From the NCBI GenBank assembly GCA_038245115.1, contig JBBRSS010000002.1, positions 7,020 through 71,019 of the forward strand: DNA of 64,000 nucleotides, read 5' to 3'. Positions within the stretch are counted from its first letter, which is position 1. Every line of letters begins with the position of its first letter. The position numbers were made by a program, and so were the translations under genes. This document shows positions 1 through 10,810 of this stretch, one piece after another. This DNA comes from Candidatus Saccharimonadia bacterium (lineage in GTDB: Bacteria > Patescibacteriota > Saccharimonadia > UBA4664). The notes below the pieces were generated by a model that saw nothing but the letters and a program-made list of their open reading frames with translations, did no database searches and was not told the origin of the DNA.

Positions 1-1
1 A

Positions 2-3000
2 GCTACAACGTATGAAAACGCCATGAGTATGATCAGTTACGCCGGTAACCTTTATGTTGGGCTCGGCACTACCGCCAATGACGCCGAAGTCTGGAAATGG
101 AACGGCTCCACCTGGAGCCAAATCGGCGGCGACAGCCTCAATAGTGGTTGGGGAGCCGGATTCGAGGAAGTTTTTACCATGGCCACCTACAACGGCAAGC
201 TCGAGGTTGGCCTCGGCAACTCAGCCAACGACGCTGAAGTCTGGCAGTGGAACGCAACGGCGTGGACCAGAATCGGCGGTGACAGCATAAATTCCGGCTG
301 GACCGCTAACTACGAACGTGTCAGTTCATTGGCAGTCTATGGTGGCAACCTCTATGCCGGTCTCGGACTTACCGCCGGCGACGCTGAAGTCTGGAAGTGG
401 AATGGCACCGCCTGGAGCAAGGTAGGTGGCGACGGCCTCAACGCCAGCTGGAACCTCAACTACGAGCAAGTCGAATCTATGATTCCCTACAATGGTAAGC
501 TTTATGCCGGTTTGGGTAACAGCACCGGCGACGCTGAGCTGTGGGAATACGACGGTACCAGCTGGACCCAGATAGGTGGCGACGGACTGGCTTCCAGTTG
601 GGTTGACGGCCAGTACGAACAAGTCAAAAGTCTGGCCGTCTATAACGGGAAGCTCTATGCTGGCCTGGGCAACACAGCGGGCGACGGGGAAGTCTGGGAA
701 TACGACAACGGCGCCTGGGCAAAAGTGGCCGGCAACAGCCTAAATAGCAGCTGGGGTAACGCCATCGAAACCGTTCAGAGTTTTGCCGTCTACCATGGCA
801 AGCTCTATGCCGGCCTCGGCAACACCGCCAATGCCGATGCTCAGATTTGGTCCTATGGCGGTAACGGGTTCCTCCAATCCGCCACCGTCGGTCAAGACAC
901 CAATTGGCACCACATTGCCGCCACCTACGACGGTACTACTATGAAAGTCTATGTCGATGGCACCCTCGACGCCTCCAGCGCCGTCTCGCTCTCACTGCCC
1001 GACTCCGACCAACCGTTGCTCGTCGGTGCCACCTTTGGCGGATTCTCCTCCGAATCCGGCTGGGCCCAAGGCTACTTTGCCGGCCAGCTCGATGAAGTGC
1101 GCATTAGCAACATTGCCCGTTCTGGTGCCGGCTTCATCGACAAACCGTATTCTACCAACCAACTCCTCGTAAGCCCCTTAGGAGCCGTACTCTCAAGCGG
1201 CATTGCCAGCTGGAGCGCCTTTAGCGACAGTTCCACTTTAAACGGCGGCACTATTAACTACCGCCTCACCACCGACAACGGCGGAATTTGGAAATACTGG
1301 AACGGTAGCGCCTGGGTAGTCTCCGCCAGTATCGCCCAGTCCAACACCGCCAGTGTCATTAACAGCCATATCAGTACCTTCCCCGTCGTCCTCGGCGGCG
1401 GCATTAAATGGCAAGCCGGCGTTCAGGGCGATGGCACTCAGCGAGTTACCCTAGATTCTGTTACGGTCACCGGCATAGCCGATACCACCCCACCGGAAGT
1501 CAACGCTACGAATGTAGTCATGTCCAAAACTAATGGGGGACCAGCCGTCGCCTCAAACAACTGGACCAATGGCGCCTCACCGTACTTCAGCTGGACCGCC
1601 GGCACCGACGCCGGAGCGGGGATCTACGGCTACTGCCTCTACCTGGGCCAGACCGCCGCTTCCGACCCCATCAGCACCAAAGGCCAACTCGGCGCCTCAC
1701 CGCTCGACACCACCGGCACCCCGTGCTCGTTCATTGTACCCAGCACTAATGTCGACCTGGCCACCGCCGGGTACCTGGCTAGCCCCCTTGCCTCATCCAA
1801 TAGCCCCTATTACCTGTATGCCACCGCCATCGACCGCGCCGGTAACGCCGTCGCCAACACCACCACCGACTTCCAATTCCGTTTCGACAACACCGCCCCC
1901 TCCAATCCCGCCTTCATTACGGCCCCGTCAAACTTCATCTCCACCAAATCAGCCACTCTCACCTGGCAAACCTCCGGCGCCGACTCAGCCAGTGACGCCA
2001 ACGCCGGCCTCGCCGGCCTCCAGTACCGCATCGGCGCGTCCAGCCCCTGGTACGGCGTCAGCCATAATGGTGCCCAAGACGCCACCGACCTCCTCCCCAA
2101 CAATGGCAGCTACACCACCCAAAGCACCCCCGACTTCGCCAACCTCATCGAGGGCAACAACACCATCTACTTCCGTACTTGGGACGCGGCCGGCAATGTC
2201 AGTCCCGTGTACGTCACCACTGCCCTCAAAATCAACTCCAGCTCACCATCCTCACCCCAAAACCTCACCGCTACTCCCGCTTCTAACTCAACCAATTATT
2301 TCGGCTTCTCATGGGTGGCGCCAACCAGCTTTGCCGGCCAAGCCAGCAACATCACCTACTGCTACACCGTCAACACCACGCCTACAGTAGCCAACTGTAG
2401 CTATACCGCCGCCGGCGTTACCAACATTACCGCCGGCGCCTATGCCACCCAACCCGGTGATAACACCTTCTATACCGTCGCCAAAGACGAAGCCGGCAAC
2501 ATCAACTACGCCACTGCCGCCAGCACCATCTTTACCGCCAACACCTCCGCCCCGGGGGTACCCCTCAACCCCGACGTTGTCGACGCCAGTATCAAATCCA
2601 CCAGCACCTGGCGCCTCGCCCTCACCTGGAATCCCCCCGCCAGCCTCGGTGCCGGCATTGCCGCCTACCGCATCTATCGCTCCACCGACAACACCACTTT
2701 CTCCGTTGTGGCTACCACTTCCTCTACCAGCCTCGTCGACACCGGTCTCAGCCAAGTCACCTATTTCTACAAGATCAAAGCTTGCGACTCCACCAATAAT
2801 TGTGGTGCGTCTAGCCCAGCTGTTTCCAAGCTCCCCACCGGCCGCTTCAGCGAGTCTGCCAATTTGCTTAGCCAACCCGAAGTCAGTAACGTCACCACGC
2901 GTCGCGCCACCATTCAATGGGTCACCGATCGCACCAGTGACTCACGCATCGCCCTCGGTACCAAATCTGGCAGCTACTCCAGCGACGAAGTCTCCAACTC

Positions 3001-4066
3001 GGATCAAGTCACCGCCCACAGTATCAACCTCACAAATCTTGCCGCCGGCACAACCTATTTCGCCGAAGCTAAATGGACCGACGAAGACGGCAACCTTGGC
3101 TCCTCCGACGAATTTAGCTTCACCACTGCCCCAGCCCCCAGCGTAAAAGAAGTCTCCAATATCACCATCGGCCTCAATAGTACCTCCATCAAGTTCACCT
3201 CCAAGGGTGCTGTGAGTGTCAAAATCTACTTTGGCAAAACCGACAGCTTCGGCGGTACGCACGTGCTCAACACCTCGACCGCCGAATCTGCCTACACAAC
3301 CCAGCTCACCGGCCTCGACGACGGCACCAAATATTTTTACAAGGTCAACACCTTTGACGCTGACGGCAATGAATATGACTCCAGCGTCTTTAGCTTCACC
3401 ACGCCCTCACGCCCGCACATCTCCGATCTCCGCTTCCAGCCCGTGGCCGGCGAACCCACCAGTACCCAGCTCATATCCTGGACCACCAACGTACCAACCA
3501 CCTCCGGTATCCAATACGGGCCCCGCGGTACTAACCAGCAGGAAGTCAGCGACTCCAAACTCACAACCGATCACCAAATTACTATCTCCAACCTCACTGA
3601 CAATACCGATTATGTACTGGTTGCCACCTCACGCGACACCTCCGGGAATCAAGCTGTCAGCGACCAGCAATCCTTCCGCACCGCCCTCGACACTCGTCCG
3701 CCCAAAGTAAGCGCCGTTACTATTGAACCCAGTATCAAAGGCACTGGTTCTGATGCACACGGCCAAATTGTAATCTCCTGGAAAACCGACGAACCCGGTA
3801 CCAGCCAAGTCGAATTTGGCCCTGGCTCCTCCGGTAACACGTACGCTTCTAAGAGCGCCGAAGACCAAAACTACACCCGCGACCATGTCGTTATCGTCTC
3901 GGACCTGCCAACCTCTACCGTTTTCCACTTCCGCGCCGTCTCACATGACCGTGCCGCGAATCAAGCCACATCCGACGACCAATCAACCATCATCGGCCGC
4001 GCTACCGATAGCGTACTCAGCATTATCTTCAACGCCCTATCAAATATCTTTGGATTCCTCAAATAA
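2..4066 (+). CDS. Giant surface protein, 5'-truncated: beta-propeller repeats, LamG/ConA domain, multiple FN3/Ig-like domains
   Basis: Frame is open from base 2. Six ~50-aa repeats YxGKLYAGLG..DAEVW.W.G..W..IGGD; LamG motif WHHIAATYDG..VYVDG..LDEVRIS; FN3-like W.T....S.V.YG....H...LT.L...T.YYY modules; amphipathic C-terminus. Confidence 0.85.
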   Translation, partial: ATTYENAMSMISYAGNLYVGLGTTANDAEVWKWNGSTWSQIGGDSLNSGWGAGFEEVFTMATYNGKLEVGLGNSANDAEVWQWNATAWTRIGGDSINSGWTANYERVSSLAVYGGNLYAGLGLTAGDAEVWKWNGTAWSKVGGDGLNASWNLNYEQVESMIPYNGKLYAGLGNSTGDAELWEYDGTSWTQIGGDGLASSWVDGQYEQVKSLAVYNGKLYAGLGNTAGDGEVWEYDNGAWAKVAGNSLNSSWGNAIETVQSFAVYHGKLYAGLGNTANADAQIWSYGGNGFLQSATVGQDTNWHHIAATYDGTTMKVYVDGTLDASSAVSLSLPDSDQPLLVGATFGGFSSESGWAQGYFAGQLDEVRISNIARSGAGFIDKPYSTNQLLVSPLGAVLSSGIASWSAFSDSSTLNGGTINYRLTTDNGGIWKYWNGSAWVVSASIAQSNTASVINSHISTFPVVLGGGIKWQAGVQGDGTQRVTLDSVTVTGIADTTPPEVNATNVVMSKTNGGPAVASNNWTNGASPYFSWTAGTDAGAGIYGYCLYLGQTAASDPISTKGQLGASPLDTTGTPCSFIVPSTNVDLATAGYLASPLASSNSPYYLYATAIDRAGNAVANTTTDFQFRFDNTAPSNPAFITAPSNFISTKSATLTWQTSGADSASDANAGLAGLQYRIGASSPWYGVSHNGAQDATDLLPNNGSYTTQSTPDFANLIEGNNTIYFRTWDAAGNVSPVYVTTALKINSSSPSSPQNLTATPASNSTNYFGFSWVAPTSFAGQASNITYCYTVNTTPTVANCSYTAAGVTNITAGAYATQPGDNTFYTVAKDEAGNINYATAASTIFTANTSAPGVPLNPDVVDASIKSTSTWRLALTWNPPASLGAGIAAYRIYRSTDNTTFSVVATTSSTSLVDTGLSQVTYFYKIKACDSTNNCGASSPAVSKLPTGRFSESANLLSQPEVSNVTTRRATIQWVTDRTSDSRIALGTKSGSYSSDEVSNSDQVTAHSINLTNLAAGTTYFAEAKWTDEDGNLGSSDEFSFTTAPAPSVKEVSNITIGLNSTSIKFTSKGAVSVKIYFGKTDSFGGTHVLNTSTAESAYTTQLTGLDDGTKYFYKVNTFDADGNEYDSSVFSFTTPSRPHISDLRFQPVAGEPTSTQLISWTTNVPTTSGIQYGPRGTNQQEVSDSKLTTDHQITISNLTDNTDYVLVATSRDTSGNQAVSDQQSFRTALDTRPPKVSAVTIEPSIKGTGSDAHGQIVISWKTDEPGTSQVEFGPGSSGNTYASKSAEDQNYTRDHVVIVSDLPTSTVFHFRAVSHDRAANQATSDDQSTIIGRATDSVLSIIFNALSNIFGFLK
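38..860 (+). repeat. ~150-nt coding tandem repeats (6 propeller blades visible)
   Basis: Repeat-initial Tyr codons at 38, 188, 338, 488, 641, 791. Confidence 0.9.
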
Positions 4067-4863
4067 TGGCTACCCAACGCTCGTCAAAAGCCATTGTCAA
4101 AGTAACGGGACTCAGCAAGCAGTTCAAACTGGCCACCGAAACCGTCAGCGCCCTGACCGATATCAACTTCGAGATTAAACAAGGCTCGTTCACTATCATT
4201 TACGGCCCGTCCGGTTCCGGCAAATCAACCTTGCTCAATATCCTTGTGGGGCTTGAGCCGCCCACCAGTGGCACAGTTGAGCTCCTCGGCCAGAATCTGT
4301 ACGATCTGACGTCCGATGATCGTGCCCGCTTCCGCCAGCTCACCCTCGGCATGGTATTTCAAACCAATTACTGGGTTAACAGCTTGAGCGTGGTCGAAAA
4401 CGTGGCCTTCCCGCTCTACTTGGCCGGCTACGACGCCAAACAGGCCGCCGAACTCGCGCAACTCAGTCTGGAGGCCGTCGGTCTCAACGATGTCGTCAAG
4501 CATTATCCAACGCAACTCTCGGGCGGCCAACAGCAGCGGGTGTCCATGGCCCGCGCCCTCATTGCCAACCCTAGCCTTATCGTAGCCGATGAACCGACCG
4601 GCAATCTCGACTCTCACAACGGCGAGCTCATCATGAGCTTGCTCGACAGCAGCGTTAAGGACATGGGAAAAACCGTCATCCTCGTTACCCACAACCTCGA
4701 ATACCTCCGCTACAGCACTCAACAGCTCGAGATCAAAGACGGCGTCCTCACCGATACCACTCGCCAAGCTGCCGTCAAAACCATCCGCCCCGAAAAAGCG
4801 ATTAAGCCAGCCCAGACGATACCCGCCGTTGCCATCAAAACCAAAGGAGCACCCCGTGGCTAA
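4066..4863 (+). CDS. ABC transporter ATP-binding protein, LolD/MacB family
   Basis: [30 protein letters not shown]; TAATG overlap with the upstream gene. Confidence 0.95.
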   Translation: MATQRSSKAIVKVTGLSKQFKLATETVSALTDINFEIKQGSFTIIYGPSGSGKSTLLNILVGLEPPTSGTVELLGQNLYDLTSDDRARFRQLTLGMVFQTNYWVNSLSVVENVAFPLYLAGYDAKQAAELAQLSLEAVGLNDVVKHYPTQLSGGQQQRVSMARALIANPSLIVADEPTGNLDSHNGELIMSLLDSSVKDMGKTVILVTHNLEYLRYSTQQLEIKDGVLTDTTRQAAVKTIRPEKAIKPAQTIPAVAIKTKGAPRG

Positions 4864-6103
4864 ATCAATCAAATCCGGCGCCTATCTGGATCTCGAATCT
4901 CACTATGGCCAACACCACTTGCGGCTTCGCATCATCGCCTATATGGTCTACCGCAACCTGGTATCGCGCAAACTTCGCACATTTCTTACCGCCGCGGGTG
5001 TCCTCATTGGCATTGGCTCTATCACTTTCCTAGTTTCGCTCGGACTCGGGCTACAGAACCTAGTCTCAAAGCAAGTCATAGGCTCGAAATCCGTAACCGC
5101 TATCGACGTCACCCCACCCGCCTCGGGGATTGTCAAACTCGACTCCACTAATATCAGCAAGATCCACAGCATCGCCCATGTCAAAGATATCGCGAAAGAT
5201 TTCACGCAAGCCGGCAAAGCCACGCTCGGTGGCTCAAGCACCGATGTTGTTATCTACGGCGGCGATCAAAACTATCTCGACCTCAGCTCGCTCCACCTTG
5301 TGACCAGCGGGGGACTGACTCTCGGCCAAAACCAGATTCTTGTGAATGCCTCGCTCCTCAAGCTCATCGGCCTAGGCGACCCAGCCGGAGCTATCGGTAA
5401 AGCCCTCAAGCTAGACATACTTGTCACCAACCCCGACGGCACCAAACGCCACCTACCGGCCGACGTCACCATCAAAGGCGTAGTTGACACTGGTAGCGGC
5501 TCCGAAGTCTATATGGCCGACAGCTTTTTCAGCGCTGCCGGGCTCACCACATATGCCCAGCTCAAAGTGGTAGCCGACGATCGTGCCAACGTACCCGCCA
5601 TTCGTCAACATATCGAAGCCCTCGGCTTCAGTACAGCCTCGCCTCTAGATACCTTGGCCCAGATCGACCAAGTCTTTGTGTTCTTCAATTTCATCTTGGC
5701 CGGCTTTGGCGGCATTGGCATGCTCATTGCCGTGCTCGGTATGTTTAACACTCTCACCATTTCGCTCCTCGAACGAACTCGCGAAATCGCTCTTATGATC
5801 TCGCTTGGCGCTCGGAGGAAAGATATCCAGCGGCTATTTATCGCCGAGGCCATTGGCCTGGCTATTCTTGGCGGGGTGGCAGGACTGGTCGCATCATGGC
5901 TGCTCGGACTAGCCATCAACATTGCTCTCACCCAGCTGGCCCATGGCCGCGGCGTCAACGATACCGTTACCATCTTCAGCCTGCCCTGGTGGCTCGTGCT
6001 CGACACCCTTGGCCTTGTTATTGTGCTAGCGCTTATCGTGGTGGCATACCCGGCCTGGCGTGCTGTCCGCGTCAACCCGATTGACGCCCTGCGCCACGAA
6101 TAG
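4856..6103 (+). CDS. ABC transporter permease, MacB/FtsX family
   Basis: RKLRTFLT..GV.IG N-terminus, ERTREIAL..SLGA, P.DALRHE end; GTG start after AAGGAG. Confidence 0.92.
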   Translation: MAKSIKSGAYLDLESHYGQHHLRLRIIAYMVYRNLVSRKLRTFLTAAGVLIGIGSITFLVSLGLGLQNLVSKQVIGSKSVTAIDVTPPASGIVKLDSTNISKIHSIAHVKDIAKDFTQAGKATLGGSSTDVVIYGGDQNYLDLSSLHLVTSGGLTLGQNQILVNASLLKLIGLGDPAGAIGKALKLDILVTNPDGTKRHLPADVTIKGVVDTGSGSEVYMADSFFSAAGLTTYAQLKVVADDRANVPAIRQHIEALGFSTASPLDTLAQIDQVFVFFNFILAGFGGIGMLIAVLGMFNTLTISLLERTREIALMISLGARRKDIQRLFIAEAIGLAILGGVAGLVASWLLGLAINIALTQLAHGRGVNDTVTIFSLPWWLVLDTLGLVIVLALIVVAYPAWRAVRVNPIDALRHE

Positions 6104-6232
6104 CCTAACTAGCTCCGAATCACCCTTGATGTCGCGATCATAGGTTTAGATGCCGATACAACGAACAACAAGATAAGGATATGAACGAGCCTTAACGATC
6201 GCATGATGCCTGCAAAGCCGAGGCTATATTCT

Positions 6233-8089
6233 TTATGCGACGGCTTCGCAAACCCCCATATACATAGTCGGCAGACGCAATGAGTCATTGCCGTTGGCGT
6301 CCAAAGGGTCGACACTGGTGCTGAACTCACGAACTTGTGCCAAAGGTACAACCACTCGTCCGGCCGAGGAGGTTTGAACGCGTTGCCGTAAAGTTGGTAA
6401 ATCCGGTGATGTATTATGCTCGACCCAATTTAGGTCGATGCCGCAATCTATCAAATACGTCTGCAGTATCGTTTCAGGATGATAATTCGCCGCGCGAAAC
6501 TCCGGCCACGTACCCATGTCTTTACCTTTGTACGCCAGCTGGACTTTAGTCAGTTCCGCGCGAGCAAGGTCCGCGAACTTCATCGGATTAGTATTGGAGT
6601 TACTATCGCGCTCAACGGTCGTAAACGACAGCGAACCGAGGCTGAACCTGGCATCATCTCCATCATGCTGGCTTAGGACGAGGTCTTCGGGTCGGGTCTG
6701 CCCCTCCACGCTTGCTAGAGAGGTATGTACTCGGTCCAGCCCGCCCCTTATAGCATCTGCCAGACCGATGGTGAATATACCCGGAAAATGCTCTATTTTC
6801 GGGTTATTCCGCAACGTGTGACCGGTATTGCCCCCGGTATGCGTCGCGTAGGTGCGGTAATCGAGGGCCTTCCCCGATGGAAGCTCGGCATAGGTCGTGA
6901 AGTGAATCTGATTACTAGCATCAAGATCATTAGTCGAAGTCAGGCCGTGGTCATACTTGGGTTTTAGACCGCCGTTTTTCATGACCTCAAGCGAGAACGG
7001 GGTTGTATGCTCGAGGACAATGTCACCGGCCAAGGTAGCACGGGCAAAATTCTCGTCACTCGCCTGCCCCAGTTCGGTTAACCGTCTTAACGAATGGGCT
7101 GACCACAAGGTTGCCCGGGTATCAGGTGTTCCCCGCGCTTGCAGCAACCACTTATAAGCTGCAATTAAGCTGGTATCTAAGCCGTGCTGTTTAATCTCAG
7201 TTCTTGCTCGATTGCCTGCCAGCGTAGCATCTGAATAGAGCCCGCTACTCAACCGCGCCACGGCTTCTGCAGTATCAAGGCTATCGGTCGGGCGCGGAAG
7301 TTGACTAATTATTTCGATCCGCAACTGTTGAGCACAAAATTCATAATCAATTTTATCAATACCACCGATTCGAAGCAGCTCATTAACGGCCTGACTGTGC
7401 GGCGTCACCAACCGCATCTCCTGGTCGATATCACCGTCAGCACTGATAAGCATATGGGCTAAACTACGCAGTGAAGAATGATTTTCGGCCGTAAAGTTAT
7501 CCTCATTTAAGGGTTTCTCGCCGCCGGCCAATAGCGCCTCATCTTCGGCTGCATCCAGGCGCTCAGCTAACTTGGCTTCAAGAAAAGCGAATTTAGTTTT
7601 ACTGCGGGCAATATTTGGAGTGCCGCTCACGATTTGCTTCGCCTGTGCCATGGCGGCCTTATCTCCGCCCCTGAGACCAACCAATATAGCCTTAGTACTA
7701 ATCGCCGTGTCATATGCACGTCGCGCGGCATCGCTACTAAAGATCTCGCCACCCAAATTACCGCTATCACTTTCGTGCCGAAGCCAGCTTATCGCCCCGT
7801 CAGTGAGCTCGCCGGCCAGCGTTTCGGCGGTAAGGTTACTTTGTTCAATCGTTCGCAAAGATCCCTCTGCCTCAGCAATCTGGCTCATTATTGCCTGCAT
7901 GTAATAATCAACACCTTGCTCAACTGTTTCCTTGTCGCGTTCCCCTAAACGATCTAGGTAGGTCTCAGGTGGTACGGGCGGCAGATCGGCGACATCTGGA
8001 GTCGACTGTAAATCAACGGCGGCTGGATGCCTCTCTTGAGATTCGGTTGGCCGTTCATTGCTTTCAGATTCAGGCATCATGGGTTTCAT
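6233..8089 (-). CDS. Hypothetical protein, possible C-terminal ADP-ribosyltransferase-like fold
   Basis: 618-aa ORF; LEHTT...MKNGGLKP...IHFT pattern. Confidence 0.7.
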   Translation of the reverse strand: MKPMMPESESNERPTESQERHPAAVDLQSTPDVADLPPVPPETYLDRLGERDKETVEQGVDYYMQAIMSQIAEAEGSLRTIEQSNLTAETLAGELTDGAISWLRHESDSGNLGGEIFSSDAARRAYDTAISTKAILVGLRGGDKAAMAQAKQIVSGTPNIARSKTKFAFLEAKLAERLDAAEDEALLAGGEKPLNEDNFTAENHSSLRSLAHMLISADGDIDQEMRLVTPHSQAVNELLRIGGIDKIDYEFCAQQLRIEIISQLPRPTDSLDTAEAVARLSSGLYSDATLAGNRARTEIKQHGLDTSLIAAYKWLLQARGTPDTRATLWSAHSLRRLTELGQASDENFARATLAGDIVLEHTTPFSLEVMKNGGLKPKYDHGLTSTNDLDASNQIHFTTYAELPSGKALDYRTYATHTGGNTGHTLRNNPKIEHFPGIFTIGLADAIRGGLDRVHTSLASVEGQTRPEDLVLSQHDGDDARFSLGSLSFTTVERDSNSNTNPMKFADLARAELTKVQLAYKGKDMGTWPEFRAANYHPETILQTYLIDCGIDLNWVEHNTSPDLPTLRQRVQTSSAGRVVVPLAQVREFSTSVDPLDANGNDSLRLPTMYMGVCEAVA

Positions 8090-8441
8090 TATTCAATCCT
8101 ACCAGATTGTATGCCCGTATTCTGAGGTCTAATCCAAAACGCAACACTTAGTAGTGGCGGCAGGCGATACAATATCTAAACTAGCTATGAACAATAATAC
8201 GTTTCAGTCTTAGTTAACAGCAACGAATCGAGCCAAGTCTATCAATTGTATTTCGTGCCAGCACACGTTGTACGGCCTGCTCTCTGACCTAAGTGTCACG
8301 GCTAAAACGCATACGTTTGTCGCCAAACATCGAGCAACTGGCAAATCTGTTCTTCGCCTACCACGCTCGCTCCGCAGAAATTGCGCTATTATACCGCATA
8401 TGGTTAACTTGATAAGATAATTGTGTTTAGAGGAGCCAACT

Positions 8442-10046
8442 ATGTCCTTCGGAGGTGGATCAGGAAGCGGCAGTATAGTTGGCAGCTCAGATGTTGTAAT
8501 AAACACGCCGGCGAATAATGAAGTGCTGGGTTACAACTCCGGTACCGCCAAGTGGCAAAATCAGGCTAAAACGACAGGTCCATGTATTACGTGCGATCCG
8601 CGGACGCTGAAGGCGGCCGTAACGATGTTCCCGGCCGCCAACTGCACCTACTACATGAGAGTGCAAGGTGAGGTGGTCGGGGCGACCGCTTACCGTATTT
8701 GGGTTGGCACGGCATCGGGTAACATCAGTATTGCCAACTACGCCAATACTGGCGTGGGGATTAACGCCGCACCAACTGGCGCTCCGAGGGGAGCCACAGG
8801 ATCCGTAGCTTGCCCGGCAACCGGTGCCCAGCTGGTCTTCGCCAGCGGTGGTGCCTTCAACGTCGCGGAAGGGGACTGGATCGGACTATCCTGCGATAAC
8901 GCAACGGCCTCGTTTGGTTCCGGTACGGATGGTGCTCCGACGGCGCTATATGCGGGAGTATGCGCGGCGAACGACGTTTTTCCGGCCGGGACTCCTAGTG
9001 CTCCCTACACGGCCACAACCCCATTCTTTTTAGCGGCCGAGGTTGCGGTGGCGGGCAGCGGCACCGCCCCCCTCTTCACCGCGGCGATACCACCCGACGG
9101 AACCGTGGGTGTGGCGTACTCCTACCAGTTCGCCGCGTCTGGCACTACCCCGATCGCATTCACTCTCAACAGTGGGACGATCCCGGCAGGGCTAACTCTG
9201 ACTTCGGCTGGTCTGCTGTCTGGGACCCCAACGACTGCGGCCACAAGCCTCTTCACCGTGCTCGCGTCCAACGGTGTGAGCCCAGACAGGGTAAGCACAG
9301 AAAAGACCGTCATCATAGCCGCATCCGGCGGTGGTGGTGGCGGCGGTGGCAACCCGCAGTGGCTGGGTGACTACCAGACTGGCGACTTCTCGCAATGGCC
9401 AGTGCAGGAGTTCAAGGACGGCGCGACCGGCGCTGACATGGCCCGGCAGCAACAGATAGTCACCAGCCCCGCCAGAGCCGGATACCCGTACACTGCGCAG
9501 TTCAACGTCATCTCTACCGACCAGACCAGCGGCGACCCCGATCGTAACCGCTCTGAGGTGACCGATTATTCCGATGTTGCCACGCTGAACGGCGGAACCT
9601 CATGGTGGGCATGGTCGATGTATCTCCCCACCGGGTTCCATGTCGATACGGATGTGGTATCCCCTGTGGGCAACGGGTGGGTAGTCTGCACCCAGTGGCA
9701 CGGCGTGAATGGCCTGCCCCTGGTTTTCGGACTCGACAAGTCTGCCGTCCCTCACGTCATTGTCAGCACACTAGACGCCGAATGGGTAACGCCCAGCGCG
9801 CTACCTCTAGGCCAGTGGAACGACTTTGTCGTGGGCGTCACATGGTCGAATACGGCGGGACGCCTGACGGTGAGAATCAACGGCACCACCTTCATCGACA
9901 ATGCCGCCACTTCCACTCTGGAGTCTGGAGCCGACGGGATCGCCTACTTCAAGCAGGGCATCTATCGTGCCCGCTCCAACCAGGACCAGAGCATTTACTA
10001 CACTGGGACCCGCCGCGGAGCAACTGAGGCCGACGTCGCTCTCTAG
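8442..10046 (+). CDS. Ig-like (He_PIG-type) domain + Gly linker + polysaccharide lyase-like domain (PF14099-like)
   Basis: AGGAG RBS; P.GTVGVAYS..F.ASG...G.IP.GLTL...G.LSGTPT; RSEV, W.W..YLP, QWH, G.WNDF, YFKQGIYR. Confidence 0.75.
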   Translation: MSFGGGSGSGSIVGSSDVVINTPANNEVLGYNSGTAKWQNQAKTTGPCITCDPRTLKAAVTMFPAANCTYYMRVQGEVVGATAYRIWVGTASGNISIANYANTGVGINAAPTGAPRGATGSVACPATGAQLVFASGGAFNVAEGDWIGLSCDNATASFGSGTDGAPTALYAGVCAANDVFPAGTPSAPYTATTPFFLAAEVAVAGSGTAPLFTAAIPPDGTVGVAYSYQFAASGTTPIAFTLNSGTIPAGLTLTSAGLLSGTPTTAATSLFTVLASNGVSPDRVSTEKTVIIAASGGGGGGGGNPQWLGDYQTGDFSQWPVQEFKDGATGADMARQQQIVTSPARAGYPYTAQFNVISTDQTSGDPDRNRSEVTDYSDVATLNGGTSWWAWSMYLPTGFHVDTDVVSPVGNGWVVCTQWHGVNGLPLVFGLDKSAVPHVIVSTLDAEWVTPSALPLGQWNDFVVGVTWSNTAGRLTVRINGTTFIDNAATSTLESGADGIAYFKQGIYRARSNQDQSIYYTGTRRGATEADVAL

Positions 10047-10312
10047 CTGCAGTATCAAGCTAACAAACGCCGCTCACGTATGCGGTTTTTGTTACAATCA
10101 TCCCCATGCAGCTCCGCACTGAAATTATTGCAACTTTCTTGCCATATATTTTGCTGGGCATGTCCTTATCACTCGTTGCTCCATATAAAATGACGAAATA
10201 TTGTCACCGCTATTGAAAAATCATAAGGGTGATCAATAATAGGTGTGTGAACATTTCAAAATACCGCCAAAAATGACGGTTATACGCGAATTGCGAGTTT
10301 CCAGGAGGAAAC

Positions 10313-10810
10313 ATGGCGCTTTTCTTCGATTATGAAGGCAAAATACTCCACGATGGGCCACCGATCATCGTGCCGAGCACACCGCTGCAAGTTCCTTTCG
10401 AGCAGCATGTTGAGGCTGGCAACCTGACCCGCGTGGATCCAGTATTCCACGATCGCAGGGACGCCGGCAACTGGGACAATATAGGCACACACATCGGTGG
10501 CCCATACTGCCTCCTCACCATGCCCCACGACAAGTACTCCGAGGCTGGCGTGCTCGACCAACTGACCACGGAGGCAGGCCCCAGCTGGCGGCTTGAACTT
10601 TCCACCGCTGCTAGCCTGGTGCACTTCGCCCAGTATTGGAGATTCTCGCTCGGGCAGGTAGTTGCCTTTGGTTCATCCTTCCACGGGCCAAACAATTGCC
10701 TGTATAAGCCCTGCCTATGGGGCTACGGCAAGGAGCGCATACTGGGCACAACGTGGACCAAGCTGTGGAGCTGGGACAACCGGGTTCTATGCAACGTTGT
10801 TGAGATTTGA
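10313..10810 (+). CDS. Hypothetical protein
   Basis: AGGAGG RBS, 165 aa, downstream hairpin AAACTAC..GTAGTTT. Confidence 0.65.
   Translation: MALFFDYEGKILHDGPPIIVPSTPLQVPFEQHVEAGNLTRVDPVFHDRRDAGNWDNIGTHIGGPYCLLTMPHDKYSEAGVLDQLTTEAGPSWRLELSTAASLVHFAQYWRFSLGQVVAFGSSFHGPNNCLYKPCLWGYGKERILGTTWTKLWSWDNRVLCNVVEI

Noticed and set aside
10106-10216. 36-aa hydrophobic ORF (type I toxin-like) behind a TACAAT hexamer
   Set aside because: Too short to support without conservation data; no antisense RNA evident.
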